NCBI RefSeq assembly: GCF_002113885.1
Contig: NW_018404823.1
Location: forward strand, 581,878 to 645,877
Direction of reading: 5' to 3'
DNA: 64,000 nucleotides
Source: Mizuhopecten yessoensis
Lineage: Eukaryota
Both the position numbers and the translations under genes were made by a program. The notes under the pieces were generated by a model, which worked only from the letters and a program-made list of their open reading frames with translations, did no database searches and was not told the DNA's origin. This document shows positions 24,861 through 38,400 of the stretch, piece after piece. Each line of letters starts with the position of its first letter. Within the stretch, counting starts at the first letter, position 1.

Positions 24861-26449
24861 ATGAACTGGTGCCCAGTTAGTGTTTTACCTGTACTCATAC
24901 AATGCTCATTATTTACATGTTTAATATCAGTCAGTCTTAGCAGGATCATGTATAATATTCATTAGTTATAGGGCTACTGCATGTCTGTGTTCGTACAGGT
25001 ACATTATATTACTCCTGCCCTCCAAATGTGTATTGCACTCGGGAACTCTTGAATAAAGTGGCCTACCAGCAGGAATACTACAATATTGACAATACTGCTA
25101 TGTTCAATAGTGAAGAGACTATCTTGATTACATTTGAGCGGTGTTTAAGTACATATACAGCGACTCAAAGTTGCTGGCGAGTCACACACAGATCACCCCT
25201 GTTATTCGCAGGTGATGAACAAGGTAGTGTGCGTTGGTATCATATTTACTATCTGACATTAACATTTTCGTACTGAGTCAGGCGAGTGATCTCTGTGTTG
25301 CTTTGTATAATCTTTTCGTTTCTCCATATTGACTTGTATTGAATAAACAATAGGATTGAGCAGCAAGCAAAGCATATATAAGGTCTCTTCTTAGAGCTGC
25401 ATTGTATTATGACTATAATTTTAAAACTACATGTATACAGGTTTGGGAAAGTTTAAACTACACTACTTTTGGAGAACCATGAAAATCTTTTTGTAATATA
25501 TTGCGTAACATTACATAATTATCATGTAAGGCATGTATCAAGGTTATCGCATGACCTTGAACTTGGATTGCACACCTTGGGTCAAGGTCATTGTGTAACC
25601 TTATTTAATAATCATTTGGCAATCGTGTTTGTTTATTGTGTAAGCGGCGGTAATAAATTACCATGGTATTCTTTGTCCCAAACCTGTCTTAGCGTTATGT
25701 GTGATACCCGTAGTGTAATTAATTTGAATATTAAGATTTAATAGTGTATTAATTCAGGGAGGAGGGAGTCATCTGCCAGGCATTGGGAAGGTTTCTATCT
25801 TACCCAGTAAATGCATTCGGTCCCCCTTTAGTCTTACTGCAGGAGGGCTACTACTTATATGTTTGTCTCATGCAGCCAATCAGCGAGAACTGACCAGTGG
25901 TCAGCCTCCTTTTCAAGATAGCTGCTATTTTTCAAAAGCATCACTCCAGAAATTTACATGGTCGCTAGCAGACGTGTTGCAGCAATCGCCACACACAGCC
26001 CTGGCATTTTGTCTCCCTCCCACCCTCCCATTGCTCTAAATTGTGTTTATATTTGTAATAGCATATAGTTAGTAGCTAGTTGGAGAACCATGGAAATCTT
26101 TTTGTAATATATTGCGTAACATTACATAATTAACATGTAAGGCATGTATCAAGGTTATCGCATGACCTTGAACTTGGTTTGCACACCTTGGGTCAAGGTC
26201 ATTGTGTAACCTTATATAATAATCATTTGGCAATCGTGTTTGTTAATTGTGTAAGCGGCGGCAATAAATTACCATGGTTTTCTTTGTCCCAAACCTGTCT
26301 TTGCGTTATGTGTGATACCCGTAGTGTAATTAATGTAATGTATTTATACTGAATTCGCTCCTTGTGTATTTGTATTGTACTTGCCATGTTGTTAAATAGT
26401 TTTAAAATTTCAGCCATCAAGGAGTGAAAGTCTTGGTTATTTGAAAATT

Positions 26450-27616
26450 TGTATAATCATGTTTATCACCTAATGTGTCTATAGTGAGTCCGAGACTTAG
26501 TGTATAATTATATGTATCACCTAATGTGTCTATAGTGAGTCCGAGACTTAGTGTATAATCATATTTATAACCTAATGTGTCAATCGTGAGTCCAAGACTT
26601 AGTTTATAATTATATGTATCACCTAATGTGTCAATGGTGAGTCCGAGACTTAGTTTATAATCATATTTATAACCTAATGTGACCCTAGCTAGTCCGAGAC
26701 TTAGCTTATAATCATATTTATAACCTAATGTGTTTATGATGAGTCCGAGACTTAGTGTATAATTACATGTATCACCTAATGTGTCTATAGTGAGCCCGAG
26801 ACTTAGTATATAATTACATGTATCACCTAATGTGTCTAAAGTGAGTCCGAGACTTAGTGTATAATTATATGTATAACCTAATGTGTCAATGGTGAGTCCG
26901 AGACTTAGTGTATAATCATATTTATAACCTAATGTGTCAATGGTGAGTCCGAGACTTAGTTTATAATCATATGTATCACCTAATGTGTCTATAGTGAGTC
27001 CGAGACTTAGTTTATAATTATATTTATAACCGTATGTGTCAATGGTGAGTCCGAGACTTAGTGTATAATTACATGTATCACCTAATGTGTCTATAGTGAG
27101 TCCGAGACTTAGTGTATAATTACATGTATCACCTTATGTGTCTATGGTGAGTCCGAGACTTAGTTTATAATCATATTTATAACTTAATGTGACTCTAGCT
27201 AGTCCGAGACTTAGCTTATAATCATATTTATAACCTAATGGGTCTATGATGAATCCGAGACTTAGTGTATAATTACATGTATCACCTCATGTGTCAATGG
27301 TGAGTCCGAGACTTAGTGTATAATTACATGTATCACCTAATGTGTCAATGGTGAGTCCGAGACTTAGTGTATAATTACATGTATCACCTAATGTGTCTAT
27401 AGTGAGTCCGAGACTTAGTGTATAATTACATGTATCACCTAATGTGTCTAAAGTGAGTCCGAGACTTAGTGTATAATTATATGTATAACCTAATGTGTCA
27501 ATGGTGAGTCCGAGACTTAGTGTATAATCATATTTATAACCTAATGTGTCAATGGTGAGTCCGAGACTTAGTTTATAATCATACGTATAACCTAATGTGA
27601 CTCTAATTAGTCCGAG
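26450..27616. repeat. 51-bp minisatellite, ~23 units
   Basis: Unit acctaatgtgtctatagtgagtccgagacttagtgtataattacatgtatc repeated head-to-tail; it gives the 17-aa periodicity of ORF 27287..27619. Confidence 0.95.
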
Positions 27617-28949
27617 CATTAGCTGTGATTTCTTTTTCCGATATCAGGCAGCAATTGATATATGACCAATATACCATTTATAGAAGATAAATAAATGTAT
27701 ATTGCACGTTACATTTTTTAAGCTTGCATGAAATATTTAGAATAATTCAAATGTGCGTGTTATTTGCAATTCAACAGGGTGTCGGGATTCTGATTGGGGT
27801 ACGGCGAAAAACCCCTTAGAAAGGTAATTGGAATTTCCCGCCTGAGAATCCCTCATAAATCAGTACGATAAGGCCGCTAGCCAATCAAAGCCGTTTGGGC
27901 GGTCACGTGATCAAAACAAGACATTACCACGATCAAAAAATTCAACATCAACCCACCATATTCCCCTTTTGCCAACCGATACACTGTATAATGATGATAT
28001 GCAAGAGGATTATATTGATACAGTAGATGGTTTAAGGCACCACCTTTAAATTGTAAAAAGTGTTTTGTAGGTGCCACCTTCTGGTTATTCATTGTTAATA
28101 TGTAATGTAGTTTATGTATGTTTCATAAAATACGTTGTTTTCGGGTTCTCTTAGCAGACATTCGTCCTGTGGCGTATGGTAGCAGTTTACAGTAGAGGAA
28201 TGTGGCCATGGGTGATATTTTTGTTAAATGGCTAACCCCTGTATAATGATATCTAAAAAAAGTATAAAAATAAAACAGTACTAAAATTGGTATAAGCATG
28301 ATGAAGTGGGCTATGTGAGCTTCACATTTGTAAAAAAAAAAATTGGTTCGAGAGTAAAATTGCAAAAAAACAAGTTTTACAACTTTACTGAGACCCAGAT
28401 AATTCTGCAACCAGGTAGGTAATCTTTAATTTCAGACAGAGCTTAGGAAAAAAAAAACTAGTTGCGTGGGTCAAATTTTTGGTCAAAAATAGCATTTTTT
28501 GGATTTTTTTGTAATTTTTGATGTGGTAACCATGGTTTTCACACAAGTGACATACATAGAAAAAAGAGGTTTACTTTAAATGTATTGCAAATGTAATGCA
28601 GTTTACAAATATATATACATGTATACATGTGTTGTGTAGGGTAAATCCGCTGTGTTTACATTTCCTCGACATGTGCCTTGTTTATCAGAGTCGGGCCATT
28701 TCTACTGTATACTGCTACCTATTCTTGTACTCCACCTTTTTTCAAGATTATATTAATGTTGTAAATATGTTTGTGCAACATGGTTGACATTGTTGTTACC
28801 ATGTCTGCCATGTTATTCGTATTTTTATAAAATGACATTTACTGGACATATTTTAATCTTTGTTGTTCTTGAAGTATATTTATCCAAAAAACTAGCTCCA
28901 GTCGTGTTAGTGTTAGGATGATCGTAATGGAGATTTATAGCATAAATTA

Positions 28950-29094
28950 GGGGATAGTACGTTGCTTTGAGTGGCTATACTGGCGATTAAAACATGAAAT
29001 TTGGGTTTGAACTCATTACCGATAGGTCGAGAGTTTAAACCAAATTTCATGTTCTAATCGCCAGTATAGACACGAAAAACAACGTACTATCCCC
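28950..29094. mobile_element. Palindromic MITE-like element
   Basis: ggggatagtacgttg...ctatactggcgattaaaacatgaaatttgg / ccaaatttcatgttctaatcgccagtatag...caacgtactatcccc, with arms of about 65 bp. Confidence 0.75.
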
Positions 29095-30071
29095 ATTCTA
29101 ACACACATTAACAAATATACAACGCTAAATTGTTTAGAAACATTGTATTTCCTTGTACCAAAGTACGTAGTAAAGTACTTTGTGACCTTAACTGGCGACG
29201 TGTCATTCTGCAGCGGACTGACCAATCTGTCATTTGGCCCCGCCCATACTGGCGAGCGCTCGCTCTGTATGTTGACGACGCGGAATATTTGGATTGTTCG
29301 TAAACGTCCTGTTACCAAAGTTTATACGACACATTTGGATTAATATTGACCAATTTTTTACATTTCCATGTCAGTTTGCATACCAATATGTGCTTACCGA
29401 CAAAATCGGTGATTATTTGTATAGATTTGTGAAGAGTTTTGTGTAAATTCATACGACCCATGTGAAATGTTTCATTTGATTTCGGATCTAACTAGATGCC
29501 TTTACAAGGATGGAACTAACATTTCAGTAATAAATGGAGGTAAGAACAAGGCATGTGTATTTTTTACTTATTAATTAATTCAACAAATACATTTCATCGG
29601 TCGTTTCTGTTCTGTGGCCTACTAGCCTGTATCAGCGGGATTTCGCAAAGAGGCGTGCTTGACGCCATATTGTTTTAGTTAGAAACGCGGCGTGGCTTAA
29701 GTGCGATGGAAGGAGCTTAACATGATTGATCATGATTCTATCGCAGATTAGAACATAGTCCGTATCCAATCAAAACAGGTGTTGCAAACGAATCGTGTTA
29801 GAATACAATTTATACCAATAAATACTATTATGTTGTACATCGAAATATTATATGTTTTATTTTTCTATATAATGACCTGACAGATGTGAAGCTGAAAGAA
29901 TCAGGGTCATTCCGTTCAAAGTAAATCGAGAACACCCATAATAATTTTGTCAAAATCAGATATCCGGATTTACGTTATGTGATATCAACAAATATTTTAC
30001 AAGGTGGAAGATTTGCTCGGAATTTCTTTGTCCCATCATCCCACCCATGCAATTTTAGCTTCACATTCTAG

Positions 30072-32418
30072 GCCTGCATTGTTTGGTAATGTATGTACAG
30101 TGAGGATTCTACAGGATATTACACCGACCTGCTTACACTTAACAGTTCCGTGGACGGAAATACGTCATCAGATACCTTACTGTTCCAGCCGGTTAGACTA
30201 CCAGTGCTTCAAATATCACCTATTAGACAAAGACGGTGGGCGTAATTGACGACAAAGGAAGGTAACACATCTACAACGACCCAATAAATATAAGAACTCA
30301 AATCTTATATATATAATTCTAATTTGAAAACAGCGTCATTTCTTGAAAGAAACAACCTCCTTTATTTTTCCCATAGCAGATTGTATAAAGAATAGACATC
30401 AATATACAAGCATCTCTGTGAAATGTGATTGAAACGTATGTGATAAGTTGATACTTGTTTCGAATGTTTCTCCTGTTTTCATAAAAGTACGTTACTCAGA
30501 GAAATACAATGCTATCTCTTTCCCTTAATTCTCTTGATGTTAATATTTGACGATCTATTGATGTTAACACACGTTTTATACATCTTTTGTTATTCATCTG
30601 TTAATTAAAGCCTCGAACCAATCCGAATGTAACAGACGATGGCTACGCCTCAAATGGATATCTCAGTTCCCTCAATAGGAACTCATCCACAACCAGAGAC
30701 CAATACGTAATAACTGGCTTACAAAACATTGTACTTGACAGTGCTGCAAGTTCTTTTGTAGACATAGAGGTAAGTACATTTCATATATCCATTGCCCAGT
30801 GTTGATAATATTTGTAAGAGCATACGTTTCATATCTGAAAGGAAGAGCTGGGATTTATGACTTCATATAACAAATTACATGTATTACAATTCACATTTAA
30901 AGGAAAAACAGACAGGAAATATTTAAGTAAATTAAAATGCTATGAAGTGTGACGGTTGAATGATAATAAAAGTAAAAGTTCGTATTCAGAGAGGATAATG
31001 GATTCGTACCATAAAACACAATACATTCTAAATATAATTTTCCGAACATAGCTGTTTCAATTAGAAAATCTGAGCCTTTTTATCACACACTTAATAACAC
31101 AAAAATAACACCTATTCTTAGGTAATGAAGTAAGAAAAAATGAGTTTTCTCCAACAGGACGATACTTTCAACAATCAAGAAATAGCTGATAACAGAGAAT
31201 TACGACCGAACACACGTGATTCCGAAGTTGAAAGGTTGATAGATGATTCAAACCCAAACAGAATAAAGGGATTTTCTATTCGTAATTACTGCAGAAATTG
31301 CATATTATGTGGGGTGTGTATAAGTACTGTATTGATGTATTCCTATTGTTATTCAAAATGTGTGCCGGTTTTTTTCAAATCAGCTACAACATGTGCAATA
31401 TTAACCACAATATTACTCAATCAGAATTTTTTAAGAACGATATTATTAAAGTGATGACTTTTTGTATATCATGCTTAAAATGCAGTATAGTAGGATTTAG
31501 GAAAAAAATCTTAAAAAGATTGTATTGTTTCATTTAGTAACAAACTAACATCTCTTTCAATTATCAATTCTTCTCTGATTACGCATGTCTTAAACCGATG
31601 CCAGAAAAAGTAACATTCAAACATGTACTTGCTTACAATATTATTTTAGGGAAAGGGGCCTGACATGGACCAAGACAGTTTAGTCATTGTCGAAGACAAC
31701 CTCAGAAGGAGAGAGTCTGAACGTTGTTTACTAAGGTAATGAATCTTGTTACAATGGTACATAATTTTGTACATAATTAAATAATCGAAGCAATCAAATG
31801 ATATAAGGGAATGTTAAAAGAACTAGAACTTTTCAGTTATTCTCACGATGTTTTATACCATTTGAATTTTTATAACTGATGGTTTGAAACAAATGGATTA
31901 ATTATAAACTTTTAACAATAACTGGGTCGCGGGCTAGAGGCCTAAGTGGGGCAGACGCCAGGTACTGACCTTAGGTCGGTGGTTTTCTTCGGGAACTTCG
32001 GCTTTCCTCAACTACCGAAACCTGGCACGTCCTCAAATGACCATAGCTGTTTAAAGGACGTAAAAACCAACAAACAAACAAAAATCAATCAATTTTTAAT
32101 CAAGGGAGGTGAATCGTGCAAGACGTGAACAATTGTCTGATTTCTTTTCTATTGAACAAAATATTATATCCAAAATAAATGTCATTTCCTATATAGAGAG
32201 TACTAGATTTATGTTTACTATTTCAGATTGTTATTCAAATGTTTCAAATGAAATATAATGTTCTCAACTCATTCTTTATCAGTACTCGTGATCCAGCTGA
32301 TATATCAGGACCGATTGTGGGAAACTCAACGCCCAGGCAGAGGTTTATATATCGACATCAATACCGACGATTGAGAGGACGAGCTGAAGGAAATATTTGT
32401 GTGAAATTCAAAATATAA
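30072..32418 (+). pseudogene. Gene D: tail-only paralog (exons ~30072-30261, 30611-30769, 31158-~31313, 31650-31735, 32283-32418), no HEPN exon, damaged
   Basis: MYSEDSTGYYTD and PNVTDDGYASNGY match gene C exons, and the last three exons match gene A. There is a 14-bp frameshifting deletion in the last exon and GGA>TGA in the ancestral frame. Confidence 0.7.
31925..32090 (+). mobile_element. V-domain-type SINE fragment (duplicated with gene A/D)
   Basis: Homologous to 905-1066, at the same intronic position. Confidence 0.6.
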
Positions 32419-32978
32419 AGGATACCGAAATCCGGGATATATCGATATTTGTATAGTGTTGTGTTTATTTTGCACACATTTGCCTGTGACGTTTGTGTTT
32501 GTCTCATTAAAGAATCGTTTGATCATCATCACCCGATCATATTTGTTTTGGTAAATATTCGTCAGAGCAATATTTTATATAAATTACTTTGAGATTTTCG
32601 TTTGTGTTTGTGTGTTGACGCTTTATTTTTGTGTTTTCATTTCACCTGATTAGGTGTACATGCGAATTTGAAAGCGTAAAAATTGTCTTGCATAGGAAAA
32701 ATCTACTTACCGGTTTAAACTATAAACATTGTTAAGGTATCTAAAAAGACAAAATCTTAAAAAAAATGTTATTTTTCCTGGCCCATTTAACAAAACCTCC
32801 CAGAGGTAGAACAGCTTGCATTAAGTTTTATATCAATATCACGCCAAACATCGCTCAAAAATGTTTAGTCTACAAAAATACGCATTTCCCAAAATATAAC
32901 CTTTGTCACACACGTGCATTTAAGATGACATCATGCTTAGTAAGCCTCTTGAGAAGAATGGTTGCTGATTGAACTAGA

Positions 32979-33047
32979 ATGTTTTTGTAATATAAATATT
33001 AAACGTTACGTTTAACGTAACGTTTAATATTTATCTTAAAAAAACAT
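32979..33047. repeat. Near-perfect 69-bp palindrome
   Basis: atgtttttgtaatataaatattaaacgttacgtt-t-aacgtaacgtttaatatttatcttaaaaaaacat. Confidence 0.85.
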
Positions 33048-35414
33048 TTTTAACTGCGTTACTTTTTATTAGCTCCTATACCTTTAGTTGCGTATCCTTG
33101 TATGTATGAGATGTGCCGCATAGAAAGAACACTATTCAACTCTATAGACGAATTAACACTTCGCTAAATGATGTTGAAAGCGGTCACGCGAAATTTGTTA
33201 CGCCGTCAAGAAAATGAATATCAGCAAAGTTTGAACATCATGTCAGTTGTCAGAGCAAAGCAAGTGAGACTATAGTAAACTTTTGAACAGTGTTGATGTG
33301 ATTATTAAAGATCCATTGTTTATATATTATATGTCTGGCTTGATTAAAAGAACGGTATTTCAGGGTGAGGTGTTTTGGGGTGTTTTGGGGTAAATCGTCT
33401 TGACGGTATTTTAGTATGTGCCCCCCCTGTATTTTGCCCATACATCGTGACACTTTTTATGTCGACAGCTGATCTACATGTAACTACAACTCAAAAATAC
33501 TTAAAAATGAAAAACATCAAACTTTCTGAAAGAAGTGTTTTACACTCTGCTGTTGGAGATGGCTGCGTTAAGTGTATTACTCCATCATAAGACGGACGAC
33601 CATAATATTTGTGTGTGTGCAAATCATTAAATAAGAGAGGACAAACAAATAAACTGTTTGTGCACAGCTGGGTAAGTAATAAAAACGTTCATAGTCATCA
33701 ATGTAGGTTGATAGAGTTTTTTCCTCATTCAAACTGCCAAATTGGAACATGTCTCCTAAATTCATTGAAAAGGCATGATATAGGCCATATGAGCTTGTTT
33801 TGATCAACAGGGATTAAGTAAAAATGTTAATGATATTTTATCATAAGACAACAACCTATGTAGTACGTTGTCATGCGATACAATATCATACATGTTTACA
33901 TATTGTTCAAAACAAACTCCTGTGTTTCGGGCGAGAGCTAATCCCGGATCTGGTATGAAAAACGTCATGTTGTAACATTTTTATCATATACATGTGTGGC
34001 GAAGAGAAAAACAAACACGGAATGTACACGTTATACAGTAACTGACGTGCAGGTGCACAATGCAAATATACCCTTACTTTATTTTCTGTTTTTCAGACTA
34101 GGACAAATCGGCAGTGGAAGTCCATTTTATCCAAGTACTGAGTGGCCAGTTTTAAAGAACGGTTGCATACATCACAACATTTACTTTATTTTCTATTTAC
34201 ACGAAGACAAATTCTACCATGAAAAAGCCCAAAACAGATGTCTCATCATTAATTTCGAAACTCATGGGTTATACTACAGATTGTTAAAAAATGTAGTCTT
34301 TAAATTTTGGTCTTGACCCTGAACCAAAAACAAGTGTCTGCAAATGTACATACATACCAATACCAGGATGATAAAGCATCGGCTTGTTTACTGGTAAATC
34401 AATTCCTTTCTTAGCAGCTTTACCTGACTTGTTGCTCTCATGTATCAATATAATTATGGTCTTGATTGATGAACAATTGTGATTAAACCAGAGTAACGTT
34501 TTCCAAACAACAAAGGTAACCATTGTATCACACTGAATACACATAGGGTAAACATGTTATCATTTAAACAGGAATTCAATCATAACAATTTACAAAATTG
34601 ACTAAGGTCAAGAGTCCCACCTACTTTCTACTGTTTACAGGCCTCCGAAAGTTGCGGTTCCTATAATGGAGTTAAAGCAGTTTGAATTTATTTCCAATAA
34701 ATAATTCTGAAAGTGTAGCAAAACTAATAACTAGACTGATTACACAGTAAAATAAGTTTATTTTTTTAATCAAGAGAGCCAACAATTGAATCCCAACAGT
34801 AATACAAGTGTTTTTATGATAATTGAAATTATGATAAATAATTGATTATTTATTATTATTGATTATTAGATTCTGCTCCATTGCTTTTGAAAATAACTTA
34901 AGTGCAGACTAACTTACATCATAACTCTTCTTTGTTGGAGATACAGCATCAAGTGATGACTCTTTATAAATTATGCAGATAGTCAATACAAATCATGTTA
35001 TACTGCCATTTGTCCGGCATGAGTTTTGTATCATAAAGGGGTTTGGTGATACAACGATGGATAATATCAAGGAATAGCTAAATACATTTTAAATATACCA
35101 GCACCGATGAAGCAGATGTCAGAATGTGTAAGTGGCATACTTTGAGAATAAGAAAACTTTTCAAGTCTTTGTATTGACTGTGATAAATCAACCTGGAGGA
35201 ATGAGTAGCTCTATAGTTAGGAGGTCAAGATCCTCTCTTATTGGGAGATAACATTATTAATAGTCATGTTTTATGTTGAATTTTGTAGTCAGTGGTTGTT
35301 ATACCATGCCATTTTGAATTAAATGTACACATATATACAGGTTATATTAGGCTTTTTATTTTATGGTCAGGCAGTTGTAAATAATTTTGTTTCAAAGGCA
35401 ACATTAATCCAATC

Positions 35415-35442
35415 ACCCCCACCACCACCACCACCACCACCA
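35415..35442. repeat. (CCA)n microsatellite
   Basis: Read directly from the sequence. Confidence 0.85.
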
Positions 35443-38400
35443 AAACAAAATATCATAGGGAACACTATTTTTTTCCAACGTAAGTTGAAAATCTTTAATA
35501 GTCTTAAATAGCTCATAGAGTGCCAAATGCAATATGACACAGGCATGTGCTTATTAATAGTTAATGCAACAGATGTGTTAAAATAGGACTCTAATTTAAA
35601 CACTTTTCATTAAGAAAATTGATCCCAGCAGTTGCATGCAACTTATATATGATACGTTTTTGAATACCTAACATTTTTATAACAGAGTGACTGATAAATT
35701 AATGACAGTATGTTTGGACCCTTCCCAAACTCAGTCCTTTAATAATGAATGCCTAAAATTATTCCTGCTTGCAACTTATATAAATACTATTCATACCTGA
35801 ATATTTAAAAATATATTATCTATTTTATCTATTTTAATTTAACTATGGGATTAAGTTAAACAACTTATACGAAGTCCTTTCCCTCAATATGTAAATTGTC
35901 CTTGTAGTGGTTTAAGATTTTAAAAATATGTTATATATGTAATGATAGACAATATTGTGAATATATGTTATATATGCATACTACATAGCATAAACTATAG
36001 TGATATCAAGAAAATATAACACTACAAAATCTGTATTGTATTTTGATTTGCATTATGTTATTTTGGACATTTGTTTATCATGGTTACATCTGCTTTACAC
36101 ACACGTGCTGTAGCCCAGATCAGTATGTCATACAAATATGTGTATTTTTCACGTAGGTACCGTTTCTAGATTCTTTATTAAGATTATTCGTGTTTTTAAT
36201 TACGTTTCCAATATAGAAACATATCGGCTGTCGTAGGGAACCGTCGATATAGCCTCCTTTTCTACATTTAAATTTCGATGAATTATCCCCAAACACTGTG
36301 ATGAATTTCGGGAAAGTTACCTCCCTTGGACCGTGGACCGCGCCGCCACGAGATCTCGTCGAGCTACGCGACGCGATAGCACACACCGAATTTACGACAG
36401 CATTATCAAATTGACCCATATAGTATTTCGAGTCTTATTAATAGAATCACGCGTCGGAAATACCAACTTGTAATATGTATGAGAAATGAACAAATAGTTT
36501 TTGAATTGATACTATGGTTCACATAACGCTTATTTTTATCTAAACAGAGTCCCATTTTGGGAACGGTGATGTTACATCCCCAATTGCAACCTAGCCTGTG
36601 CTGTTGGGGATATAATAATGTGTAAATGTGCAGTATCACCGGAAGTTGACAATGTTCTTTATTTAGAAATCCAGTTTAGTCTGTAACACAGGTTAGTAGA
36701 AAATGCCCTGTCTCGCTCACTGCTATGTGGTGTTCCATAACATTGCCATTATTTCCTATACCAATAAAAAGGTAACAGCTTCCTATCCTTTAATTATCAA
36801 ATAATGTTATCAACGAAACATGTCTTTTTTTTATCTGGCCGAAAACAAACTACGTCACTGGAAAACCCAAATACCCAAATGTGTATCACGTGATTTATGA
36901 TTATACAACATCTGATGACGTAGGTAATTGTTGAAGTAATGATGTAAACCCGATTTGCTCACGGCTTATATCATTTACCAGATAATACACGGCTTCAGCA
37001 TCCTTCTGATCCAAAGGAAAAGTGTCTCCATAGGTGACATTGGACATTAGATGTGATATTCATGAAATTGTGAGTGTTATAATTAGTTAAACGAAGTGTT
37101 AAATTTCTTCCTGATTGACACGTGACAAGCAATACACACGAAACTAGTATGAGTCATGTTAAGATAATGCAATATCCGATTATTTTTATATGTACATAAT
37201 ATGTTTTGGCTATCTCGAATGATGATAGTACCATAACTCGTAGCAAATTGCTATATTAACGTTCTGAATTCCTCTTTTCGTTTTGTTGCAAAGATATATG
37301 TATATATATATAGATACCTAATAGCATTGTGTTATGAGCGCGCATTCTTGGGCGTGTTTGATAAGGTGTACGTAAAATCATTGTCTTAATATAAAGTATA
37401 TATCTGATTGCAATATAATTCCAATTCTACTTCCGTTCCTTCAGCTTTATGTATCGAGAGGCAGATGGTTGTTAAAGTGTACCCTGAACGTTTTGCTACA
37501 TCAAGCTATGAAAATACTTCATATTTCACAATAAAAGGCTAAGAAAGTGTGAACGTCGTAATTGACTCCGATTTATAGAGTTACAGAGATATTGCGAATT
37601 ATCTGAAAAAAAAACAAACACCTTTGGCTCAGCGGCGATCGCTCCGATATGGGTAGCCAACATCTCTTACGTCACAAGTTTAACGCTGTCAAAACAGCCC
37701 TGTAGGAATATGCCGGGAGGTTTCGATCGTGAGTTCATTATGCGAGCTGTTTAACTATTTATGTGACATATTTCATCGTCACTTACTAGTGTAGGTTATA
37801 TTCCAAGTGCTACATACATGAATATGGTTTTGTTTTTACAATTTCAATGATTAAATGAGCTGGTATTGTGGAGGCAAACGATTAGCTGTATGCGGGTGTC
37901 CGAACACACATGAGGATGCTATCTAAATGAATCTGTGTCTGTACATTATTCGTTAATCAAGTGACTGTAAATTTTATACTTTCTATTAATAAATTTATCT
38001 TTTGAAAATATGATGAAATTTCTATAAACAACACAAAGCAATGGATTAAAAATTGAGTCAAATTTACGTAAGCGCGTCTTATCTTATCTTATTGAGTAAT
38101 TATATCAACAAATCCCCGTACACGTGTACATCACAGCTATGCTTTGTAGATAAGACATCCTTTTAAATGATATTGATGCATTGAATAGCTTTACCCTCTA
38201 ATTGCCTATTATTTATACCCAAACAAATGTGCTGAATTACAAACAACTGTGGAATTGTCGAGTCAGAATGAAACCAAGGCCATGCAGAAATTATTATTAT
38301 CGCAAATATATTACAGAAAAAACGGGGAAATTCATCATTGAAGACAGTCTCACTTGTTTGAAATGCTGGAAGACTGCAGACAAAGTAAGGACGTGTAAGA

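Larger units (their letters stand above)
21039..26334 (+). mobile_element. DIRS-order tyrosine-recombinase retrotransposon of Ngaro/PAT type with split direct repeats (A1-gag-RT/RH-YR-B1-A2-B2); defective
   Basis: A1 21039-21330 matches A2 25724-26015 (292 bp). B1 25469-25723 matches B2 26080-26334 (255 bp). Gag, RT/RNase H and YR ORFs lie between A1 and B1. No target-site duplication is evident, as expected for YR integration. Confidence 0.93.

Noticed and set aside
26450-27616. CRISPR-like appearance of the array; 12-nt match to the T7 promoter core (GACTCACTATAG, minus strand) and SP6-like attaggtga
   Set aside because: Units are contiguous with no unique spacers, there are no cas genes and the context is eukaryotic. 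The phage-promoter matches are partial and embedded in a diverged minisatellite, so they are not vector contamination.
27287-27619. 110-aa repetitive ORF as a real protein
   Set aside because: It is a by-product of a 51-bp unit; neighbouring units contain stops and there is no splice context.
35323-35603. Poly-Pro / poly-Gly ORFs
   Set aside because: They are translations of a (CCA)n microsatellite.
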